Shown here one piece after another: positions 13,772 through 23,754 of a DNA stretch of 64,000 bases (position 1 is the stretch's first letter; the number at the start of each line of letters is the position of its first letter). The stretch lies in NCBI GenBank assembly GCA_964016885.1, contig OZ024744.1:57288001-57352000 (forward strand), given 5' to 3'. The notes under the pieces are model-generated. The model ran no database searches. It saw nothing but the letters and a program-made list of their open reading frames with translations, and was not told the DNA's origin. Origin of the DNA: Eledone cirrhosa. Its lineage: Eukaryota. Both the position numbers and the translations under genes were made by a program.

Positions 13772-13826
13772 TTAACCAGGGATCTTTAAAAATCTCCCCA
13801 CCGAAGTTACAAAGAACTTACTATAT
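13772..13826 (-). CDS. Candidate terminal coding exon of an unidentified host gene (..YSKFFVTSVGRFLKIPG*)
   Basis: Minus strand reads tttggttttgtAG, then 55 nt of unique sequence open in phase 2 up to TAA at 13774-13772, then ACA/CCA repeat. No upstream exons found and no protein family recognised. Confidence 0.25.
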
Positions 13827-13990
13827 CTACAAAACCAAATTGTAAAATCATAATATTATTAAATTAAATTAAATTGTTTAAAACTACAAGTGAATTCATT
13901 ATTTTCCCTTTTTTAAATATACCTAACTGTACCAAGGATTTCACACATTTTCATATATAGATATACATATATATATACATATATATATAT

Positions 13991-16520
13991 CATCATCATC
14001 ATCACCGTTTTACGTTCGTTCTTCCATGCTAGCATGGGTTAGACGGGTTGTTCTGTTGTGTGCAGTGTCTGGTCAGCTGACCATGCCTTGCTCATACAGG
14101 AACTGATCTGGCTTGATTTCTACAGCTGGATGCCCTTCCTAACACCAACCTCATTTACAGTGAGTGCTGGGTGATTTTTCGTGGCGCCTACACGTCCACT
14201 TTACAGTGTGGGCTGGGTGCTTTTTTTGCCGTGGCACCTCCACGACCACCTTGCGGTGGGGGGTGTGGGGGCATATTGTTTATATGCTTCAGCATGTACC
14301 CATGGGAGGTCGGGTACTCTGTATTACTGCGTGACGCCATAAGTCACGGTCGTGTCTCATTTTCTTTGAGAGGTGTAGTTGGGTAAGGTCGGCTTTTATC
14401 ACCTCATCCCAGGTCATCTTGGGTCTCCCCACTCCGCGGTTTCCATCAACTTCTAGTGCTCTGCACCTTTTTATGCAGCTGTCATCCTTCATACGCATCA
14501 CATGTCCATACCAGCGCAACCGCCTCTCCTGCACACAGCATTTGATTCCTCTTATGCTCAGTCTCTCTCTCAATTCATTTATGCTTTGTCATTCACGTAT
14601 ATTACTGTTACACATCCATCGGAGCATGCAGGCTTCGTTTCTCTCTAATCTACGTAAGTCTTCCACCTTCAGCGCCCAGGTCTCACTACCATGCAACATC
14701 GCTGTTCGGATACACGCATCATACAGTCTGCCTTTCATTCTGAGGGAGAAGCCTTTTGCAGCTAGCAGTGGTAGTAGTTCCCTAAACTTCTTCCATCCCG
14801 TTCTTACCCTAGTTATTGTACTTTCTGAACACCCAACTCCGTTGCTAATTCGGTCGCCTAGGTAGCAGAAGCTGTCTACTGTTTCTACAGGGCCCTCCCA
14901 GAGATTGGTGGTACTTGTTTCCTGTGGCTGTTTGCTGCTTGCTGTTTCAGCACAGCTGCTGCATGTGAATCCTACATTCTTAATTAAGCTTCCTGAGATC
15001 CCGCTACATCTCTTGTGTACCCATTGTTTGCATTTGGGGCAGAGAATGGAGTTCCTACCTACACCTTTCCTACATACTGAGCAAGGCCATTTCCCTGAGG
15101 GGATCTGGGTTCTGTTTTCTCGTCTACTTACAAGGACCTTAGTCTTTGTCATGTTGACTTTGAGACCCTTTCTCTCTAGTCCCTGCTTCCAGGTTTGGAA
15201 TTTATTCTCTAGTTCTACCATAGATTCAGCTATGAGTGCGAGGTCATCAGCATACAGGAGTTCCCATGGGCATCCGGTCTTAAACTCCTCCGTTATTGCC
15301 TGCAGGACTATGATGAACAGGAGAGGGCTAAGAACAGAGCCCTGGTGGACCCCAACCTGTACGCTAAATTCCTCGCTATACTCATTGCTAATCCTAACTT
15401 TGCTGACTGCTCCCCTATACATGGCTTGTACCGCTTTCACAAGCCATTCATCTACTCCTAGTTTTCTAAGAGCCCACCAGATTACCGCACGAGGAACTCT
15501 GTCAAAGGCTTTCTCAAGGTCGACAAATGCCAAGTAGAGTGGCTTACTTTTAGCTAGGTACTTTTCCTGTAATTGCCTCACAAGGAAGAGGGCATCAGTG
15601 GTGCCTCTTCCTGGTACAAACCCAAATTGCATCTCGTCTATATTCACCCGGTCCCTAATCAGCTGTGCTATAACTCTTTCTGTTACTTTCATGACCTGGT
15701 CCATCAACTTTATACCTCTATAGTTTCCTCTATCTAGTGCATCGCCTTTACCTTTGTAGCAGTTGACAATGATGCTACTGCACCAATCTTTTGGTATGGC
15801 CCCTTCTAGTATTACCTGGTTAACGATACGTGTGGTTATAGTGTGACCTACAGACCCAGATGCCTTCAGCATCTCGGCAGCTATACCCGATGGACCGGTT
15901 GCCTTCCCCATCTTCATATCTTTGATTGCCTTACTTACTACGCTGCTGCTGACTTGTACTGCTGGTCCCTCTATAGGGTCTACTTGGGGTAGGGTCTCTT
16001 CTTCCCATGCATTCTCCTCATTTAGTAATCTATCATAATGACTCTTCCATGCATCTTTCTTCTCAGCACTTGTGAGGGCAAGCTCACCTTTATCATTCCG
16101 GATACACTTCTCTCCAGTGACATCACAACTATCTCTGACACACTGCCTCGCAATCCTGAATACCTCCTGTTTCTGGTCCTCACCTTGTAAAACATGCTTG
16201 AATTTTCTATCCTCTGCTTCCCTCCTAGCTAAGTATACTTGTCGCCTAGCTTCCCTCTTGGTCTCTATGTAATGTACCCTGCTCCCCCCGTTCTTCCATT
16301 CTTTCCATGCCTGTCTCTTGGCCTTAACTGCTTCATCTACCTTATTGTTCCACCACCAAGTCACTCTCCTCCTGCTTGAGGTCTTACTCCAGCCACAGAC
16401 CTCATCCGTCGCCTCTAGTAAATTATTTTTTAGGAACTCCCAGTTCTCTTCTACGTTAAATGTCTCTATCTGTTCTTCTTTACTGTCATAGGCGTTGAGT
16501 AAAATATCTTTAAATCTATA
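13991..16520 (-). mobile_element. 5'-truncated RTE-clade LINE (RT + PHD-like finger + 3' UTR + (GAT)n tail)
   Basis: ORF 14589-16583 has RT motifs QFGF, FVDLEKAFDRV, GVHQGSVLSP and LLYADD. One premature TGA at 14591-14589 (Arg codon in the copy near 38440); the frame resumes as RRLRWYGHVMRM..GRPKMTW. The ORF N-terminus (MLAWK..MMMIYIY) is an artefact of the adjacent tail and (TA)n. Confidence 0.95.
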
Positions 16521-16530
16521 ATATATATAT

Positions 16531-16730
16531 ATCATCATCATCATCATCATCACCGTTTTACGTCCGTTCTTCCACGCTAGCATGGGTTAGACGGGTTGTC
16601 CTGTTGTGGGCAGTGTCTGGTCGGCTGACCATGCCTTGCTCATACAGGAACTGATCTGGCTTGATTTCTACAGCTGGATGCCCTTCCTAACACCAACCTC
16701 ATTTACAGTGAGTGCTGGGTGCTTTTTCTA
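16531..16730 (-). mobile_element. RTE 3'-end fragment
   Basis: Near-identical to 13991-14175, with a (GAT)n tail. Confidence 0.9.
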
Positions 16731-16994
16731 TGTGTACCTGTTACAGCTTAATTGTTGTAAGTTATTATTTGGTTAGTGCTTTGTCTTGTGTCAGATGCTG
16801 TGACCCAGGGTGGACTAACAGTACCATTGGTAAGGGTCAGAACTGCCAAAGTCCATTTCAATGGCTGAAAACCTTGAAGTTTTGTATCTTTTTTTTGTAT
16901 TTTTTATTTTAGAAAAAATATTTTCTATGGTTTCCCCTAAAAATTTGTTGTTGTTGTTCTGGTTTGTTTTAGTTCATTGTCTTCTCGTTGTTAA

Positions 16995-17135
16995 TTTACT
17001 GCTGGAAGGGCATCCAGCAGTAGAAATCACAGCAAAATCAGTTCTGTATGAGCAAGACATGATCACCTGACCTCGGATTGCCCACAACAGGACAACTCGT
17101 CTATCCCATGCTAGCATGGAAAAATGATGATGATA
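16995..17135 (+). mobile_element. Diverged RTE 3'-end fragment
   Basis: ggaagggcatccagc..cccatgctagcatggaaaaatgatgat matches the RTE tail. Confidence 0.8.
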
Positions 17136-17205
17136 TATATATATGGCCCATCCGGCTGGTGCCCGGCTATCATTGGTGTGTTCTACAGCATCCAGATATA
17201 TATAT

Positions 17206-19688
17206 ATAGCTGACGTACCTAGCTTCGCTTGGATAAACAGACGATCAGCCGGCTGTGTAGTATAGTATTACTGTTGAAATATATAGTATAGTATTACTGT
17301 TGAAAATATATAGTATAGTATTACTGTTGAAAATATATAGTATAGTATTACTGTTGAACATATATAGTATAGTACTACTGTTGAAAATATATAGTATAGT
17401 ATTACTGTTGAACATATATAGTATAGTATTACTGTTGAACATATATAGTATAGTATTACTGTTGAAATATATAGTATAGTACTACTGTTGAAAATATATA
17501 GTATAGTATTACTGTTGAACATATATAGTATAGTATTACTGTTGAACATATATAGTATAGTATTACTGTTGAAATATATAGTATAGTACTACTGTTGAAA
17601 ATATATAGTATAGTATTACTGTTGAACATATATAGTATAGTATTACTGTTGAACATATATAGTATAGTATTACTGTTGAAATATATAGTATAGTACTACT
17701 GTTGAACATATATAGTACAGTATTACTGTTGAACATATATAGTATAGTACTACTGTTGAACATATATAGTATAGTATTACTGTTGAACATATATAGTATA
17801 GTATTACTGTTGAAAATATATAGTATAGTATTACTGTTGAAAATATATAGTATAGTATTACTGTTGAAAATATATAGTATAGTATTATTGTTGAAATATA
17901 TAGTATAGTACTACTGTTGAACATATATAGTATAGTACTACTGTTGAACATATATAGTATAGTATTACTGTTGAAAATATATAGTATTACTGTTGAACAT
18001 ATATAGTATAGTATTACTGTTGAAATATATAGTATAGTACTACTGTTGAACATATATAGTATAGTACTACTGTTGAACATATATAGTATAGTATTACTGT
18101 TGAAATATATAGTATAGTACTACTGTTGAACATATATAGTATAGTATTACTGTTGAACATATATAGTATAGTATTACTGTTGAACATATATAGTATAGTA
18201 TTACTGTTGAAATATATAGTATAGTATTACTATTGAACATATATAGTACAGTATTACTGTTGAACATATATAGTACAGTATTACTGTTGAAAATATATAG
18301 TATAGTATTACTGTTGAACATATATAGTACAGTATTACTGTTGAACATATATAGTACAGTATTACTGTTGAAAATATATAGTATAGTATTACTGTTGAAA
18401 ATATATAGTATAGTATTATTGTTGAAAATATATAGTATAGTATTACTGTTGAACATATATAGTATAGTATTACTGTTGGAAATATATAGTATAGTATTAC
18501 TGTTGAACATATATAGTATAGTATTACTGTTGAACATATATAGTATAGTATTATTGTTGAAAATATATAGTATAGTATTACTGTTGAACATATATAGTAT
18601 AGTATTACTGTTGAACATATATAGTATAGTATTACTGTTGAAAATATATAGTATAGTACTACTGTTGAACATATATAGTATAGTATTATTGTTGAAAATA
18701 TATAGTATAGTATTACTGTTGAAAATATATAGTATAGTACTACTGTTGAACATATATAGTATAGTATTATTGTTGAAAATATATAGTATAGTATTACTGT
18801 TGAAAATATATAGTATAGTATTACTGTTGAACATATATAGTATAGTATTATTGTTGAAAATATATAGTATAGTATTACTGTTGAAAATATATAGTATAGT
18901 ACTACTGTTGAACATATATAGTATAGTATTACTGTTGAACATATATAGTATAGTATTACTGTTGAACATATATAGTACAGTATTACTGTTGAACATATAT
19001 AGTATAGTATTACTGTTGAAAATATATAGTATTACTGTTGAACATATATAGTACAGTATTACTGTTGAACATATATAGTATAGTATTACTGTTGAAAATA
19101 TATAGTATAGTATTACTGTTGAAAATATATAGTATTAATGTTGAAAATATATAGTACAGTATTACTGTTGAAAATATATAGTATAGTATTACTGTTGAAA
19201 ATATATAGTATTAATGTTGAAAATATATAGTACAGTATTACTGTTGAAAATATATAGTATAGTATTACTGTTGAAAATATGTACACAAATATATATACAC
19301 ACACTATATATATATATATACACACTATATATACACACACACACAGCGAAGTCAATGTACAGAATGGTTTTCGTAATGCAGACAACCAGACATACAAACA
19401 GATATTATAAGGGCGCGACATTATAGCTATGTATCTATCTAAAAAGACAGACTAAGAAAGAGAGAGAATGTTAACCAGAAGTGTTGACATTTGAACATTT
19501 TAAAGAAGTGAATATTTAAATAAACAATAAAATATCTTTAATCTTTTAACTAAATTGAGAGGACAAAAATACCCTCACTTTCTTACTTGGAAAAAGTCAC
19601 ATCTATGGTATAAATTTGGTGCTATTTGGTCCAGCCGTTTGGCGAAAAGTTTGTTACATACATACGGCCATCAGCTTTATAATATAGA
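17206..19688 (-). mobile_element. Non-autonomous Helitron-like element with internal minisatellite
   Basis: Minus strand begins A|TCTATATTATAAA..gtatgtatgt..aaacggctggacc and ends ccaagcgaagctaggtacgtcagCTAT, homologous to the CTAG|T end at 43516-43542. Segment 19290-19470 is shared with 31810-31975. Confidence 0.7.
17259..19280. repeat. 29-30 bp tandem minisatellite (TATAGTATAGTATTACTGTTGAA(C/A)ATA)
   Basis: About 2 kb of tandem copies, seen directly. Confidence 0.97.
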
Positions 19689-19920
19689 TATGTTCCTCCT
19701 GAGGTTCATTTTTGCCTTCCATCCTTTTGTGGTCGATAAAAAAAGTACCATTCTAGTGCTGGTACAGCCCTTTCTCCTTCAAGTTGTCACATTCTGGATG
19801 TTTCACTGGGTCATGAACATGTCTTTGTCTGTTCATAACAGAATGGGCACCTAAAACTCTTAGTGAAAGGATGGTAGATACTCCAAGTCATACTCAATTG
19901 TAAGAGAAAGCTGTAGTAGT

Positions 19921-20000
19921 TTATATATATATATATAACAAAGAGGGTGTGGTAAGATACCAGGTGGACCATAATGCACCAGAGTATTCAATACTTACGG
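19921..20000 (-). mobile_element. Penelope pLTR-tail-like fragment
   Basis: Reverse complement resembles 30145-30205 (taagtattga.tactctg.tgc.ttatggtcca.ctgg..cttaccaca) and ends in (TA)n. Confidence 0.6.
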
Positions 20001-20211
20001 AAAGATGTATGGCTATGCTGTAATGAGTCACACATCTGTGTGTGTATACATATATATATATATGTATACAGGCTAAAATTTCTTTAGTCAAAAATACGGT
20101 GAAAGTTATTCTATTTTCTAATTTCAAACCTGCTCACTGTTTCAAAACATACTTACTTGTCATTTATACTCGCTAAGAATGTAGCTTCTAATTTGAATGG
20201 AAGGAGATGGG

Positions 20212-20283
20212 TGATGTGTTGGTGTAATGGTAGCACAGTGGTCTGGATAACCAAAGATGTGGGTTCAACTCCCATGTATGTCA
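20212..20283 (+). pseudogene. tRNA-like cloverleaf (SINE head or tRNA pseudogene) between 88-bp direct repeats
   Basis: A-box TGGTGTAATGG, D stem GTGT/GCAC, anticodon arm TGGT-CTGGATA-ACCA, T arm GTGGG-TTCAACT-CCCAT. Direct repeats at 20072-20159 and 20332-20419. Confidence 0.65.
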
Positions 20284-21689
20284 ATACTCATCTTTTTCCA
20301 TTTATCTGAGGGTTCTAAACCCCATTATCATGCTAAAATTTCTTTAGTCAAAAATACGGTGAAATCTATTCTATTTTCTAATTTCAAACCTGCTCACACT
20401 TTCAAAACATACTTACTTGATATATATATATATATATATTCACATATACGAGATATATCTATATATATATATATACACACATATATATATATAAACCGCA
20501 TCTCTTTACAATCTCCATCCTCTAAATTTACTCACTAGCAGAAGACATTTGTCTAAAGTGCCATGCAGAGGGTTGAAGCCGTCTGTAGTTGTGAAGTAAA
20601 CTTTTTAACTGCATGGCCAATGTCTATGGATGTTTAATAAAAGATGGATATTTTTTTTATTGTTGCTGTTAAAATCTATAAGCCATGGGTGATAATTTAG
20701 TATTTCCAGTAAAATCGTCAAAGAAATACTACTAATGTTAAGAAGGTAGTGGTACCGGCTGGAGGTGGAGGAATGGAGTTGATATGTGTCACCAGAAATG
20801 GTGTAAAGAATGTAGGATCTTAAGAGTGTGAAGTTAGATTGAAAATTAAAAGATTGTTTTGATTTTTGCAAAGGCTACTACTATAATACATATTAACTAT
20901 AAAATTGTTAATTATTAACAGAAGATATAACCCCCTGATTTGAAAAAAACATAACCAGATTCACCTGCAGCGAATTGAACCCTGCCTCTGCTAGTGTTAT
21001 ATCTTTGAGTTTTTAAAACTATTTTATAGTTGATATGCGTTGTAGCAGCCTTTGTAAAAAGCCAAAATATGTTCTTGAAATTAATTGATGGTTGTAAATT
21101 TGATAGAACTCTAGATTAAAAAAAAAACCCTGCTGTCTTTTATCTGGTTGATCTCAGCATGGAATGGAATGGCATGCTCCAGAAAGAGACCATGAAAGAT
21201 GATTTAGTGGGTGTGAGACACAGCATACTTTTACTTTGAGATATGAAGAAAATGTCATTGCATCCCAGTGCTATATCATATAATACCATAAAGTTGAATT
21301 GAGTCTTTTGCAAATAGTAAAAGGAGACAGGACCCTGCTGTTAACAGGGAAATAGTCGTGCTCGATATGCAGAAAATGGGTAGCTAGAAATATTATATAG
21401 TGTGAAATATGTGTACATAAGAGGTGTACTATTATTACAGGCAGGCTAATAGAGAAAACACAGTTTGCGTGTGACAGATAGATGCACAGGTGTAGTTAGT
21501 TGCAAAACTGTTTCCAGTCAAAGGAAGTCACCATAGAAGTAGTTCATAGTTTCTGTTACTAAATTAGCAGTGGTGGGGTTTGTTCAGAACGTATAGAAGT
21601 CAGAATAAGAAGAGAGTGGAAAAAGTTCGAGATGCTCTCTCTCTCTCTCTCGCTCTGAGAGAAAGGCAGACAGTATGATGCATGTTTAT

Positions 21690-22620
21690 ATAGTACAATA
21701 TTAGTGGGACAATCAATGTAGCAAGAAGCAACTACAGAGGCATCAAATTGATAGGCAGGGCTTTGAAGGTTACAGAAAGAGTGATAGCAAAGTTGATTAG
21801 GGATATAATCAATCTTGATGAGATGCAGTTTGATTTTATGGTTGGGAAGAAATACTACTGATGCCATCTTTCTAGTGTGACATCTGCAGGAGAAATACTT
21901 AGCTAAGAATAAGCTTTATAATTAGTATTTGTTGGCCTAGAAAATGTCATTGACAGACTCTCATATTTTATAATCTGCTGAGCTCTCAGGAGGTTAGGGG
22001 GTCAATGAATGGCTTATTAGAAGTATACAAGCCATGTAGAGGGGTACAGTTAGCAATGTGGGGGTTGTTAGTACAGTGGTGAATTAAGCATGTGAGTAAG
22101 TGTCCATGAAGGCAATGTTCTCATCCCCTTTTGGTTCATTATAGTCCTCCAGGCCATTACTGGAATTCAAGATTGGGTGTCTATGAGAACTCTAATATAG
22201 TGATGATCTAGCCCTTATAACAGAAACTGTAGAAGATTTAGATCAAACGTTTCAAACACGATGACAAAATTGGGAATAAAAATGTATGATCCACTGGATG
22301 TGTAATGTAAGTGTACATGAATGACTAAGCACAAGTGAATTAAGAGAAAAGTTGAGGCTAAGAAGAATTGAATATAGTATGTAAGAGAGACAATTTTCTT
22401 CCTGGTATGGACATATGATGTGTAAGGAGAATGATAGTTATATAAAAGGTGGTGTGCCAAAAATGGATAGAAATTGTGGAAGAGGGAGACCAAAGAAGAC
22501 ATGGGACAAAATTGTAAAGAATAATTTCAAGAAACTGAATCCCTTGAAAGAGATGACACAAGATCAAGCAGACTGGCAATTTGCCATAATACAAAAGACC
22601 CATCTACCAATACAAGTGCT
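21690..22620 (+). mobile_element. Old, internally deleted RTE RT remnant
   Basis: Decayed DEMQF.F..GRNTTDAIF, LQEKYLAK, WYGHMM and GRGRPKKTWD motifs with many stops. Confidence 0.85.
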
Positions 22621-22791
22621 GCAACACTAAAAGTAAATATATCGAGAGTTTGGAGAGAGGCTATAGTGTTGGTGACTGAACAAAGACAATGTAGCATTTG
22701 AGAGAACTTTTCTGTCTGGACGAACATGTGACAACTTCTTTAGTGCAGGTGTCTCAATAAAATGCATCCAGTACACTCAGTAAAGACTTAA

Positions 22792-23003
22792 GCCTTTGTC
22801 ATTTAAACTGGCCATATCCAGTCAGAATTCTCTCACCTCTTTCTGTTCAAACTAGCTGTAACCAGCCACTCATACTGATGTTAAGGTATTGTTCTCAAAA
22901 TAAATAATATCAAAATCTCATAGATTTGATATTATGGGACTTAATTATGTGAGATACCATGAAAATACAGTAGTATATATAGAGTAATATAAATGCTAAA
23001 GGG
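22792..23003. mobile_element. piggyBac-type MITE
   Basis: TTAA on both sides, (g/c)CCTTT...AAAGGG termini, homologous along its length to 44160-44366. Confidence 0.75.
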
Positions 23004-23255
23004 TTAATGTAGCTACCATGATAAAATACACCTAGTGCACTTGGTAAAATGAGAGCATTAGTGCCATTACAAAATGCACCTAGCGCACATGCTAATGTTG
23101 TTGGCATTAAGGTTATCTAGCCGTAGAAACCATGTCGAATATGGGATATAAGAACAATATGAGGTCACTCTGAACCTTCTAGTCTCAAATTATTACAAGT
23201 GACAACCCATTTAACACATATTAGCATGAAAAATGGATGCAAAATTATGATGATA

Positions 23256-23292
<37 letters not shown>

Positions 23293-23389
23293 TAGGCATT
23301 GAAGCATCAAGTTACTGTTGGTCCACCAAAGTGAGCACTCAATGTGTAGTCTTAGTACAACTTTGGGGTTGTACTAAACAGAATGTAAT

Positions 23390-23500
23390 AATAATTGTTT
23401 CTACTTTTGGCACAAGGCCAGCAATTATCCCAGTGCATTACTGGTACTTTATTTTATCGACCCCATAAGCATGAAAGGCAAAGTTAACCTCGGCAGAATG
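23390..23500 (-). mobile_element. tRNA-derived SINE family A, 3' fragment
   Basis: Reverse complement of the 3' half of 30635-30826. Confidence 0.85.
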
Positions 23501-23508
23501 TAATAATT

Positions 23509-23747
23509 ATAAGTATGGATAAGGTGTCAAATTTTCATTAAGCTTAATCAAGTGTGACACGTGTTTCGTAATTGATCAACTCAAGGTTCGATCATTAATT
23601 CCATTAATTCCTAACAGATGTCTGATAAACTTTTGATTCCAGAGTCGGGCCTGATCAATAGAGATCGAACCTTGAGCTGATCAATCATGAAATGAGTGTC
23701 ACACATGACTAAGCTTAATGAAATTTTGACACCTCTTCCATACTTAT
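23509..23747. repeat. Inverted repeat (~85-bp arms) with hammerhead-like remnants; probable Penelope pLTR fold-back
   Basis: Arms ataagtatgg..ggttcgatc / gatcgaacc..ccatacttat. Minus strand has GAAAC-ACGT-GTC at 23567-23556; plus strand has CTGATCA at 23651. Confidence 0.75.
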
Positions 23748-23754
23748 GATGCGA

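Noticed and set aside
17245-19426. FNSNTILY / IYSIVLLL ORFs and a CRISPR-like appearance
   Set aside because: Pure tandem minisatellite with no unique spacers and no cas genes; eukaryotic context.
20212-20283. Functional tRNA-Ser(GGA) gene
   Set aside because: Short variable arm, wobble-rich acceptor stem, no oligo-T terminator directly after it, and it is embedded in a repeat unit.
20300-20340. Minus-strand decayed hammerhead (ATGATAA..GGGTT/AACCC..GATA)
   Set aside because: Too many core mismatches and no stem I in this copy.
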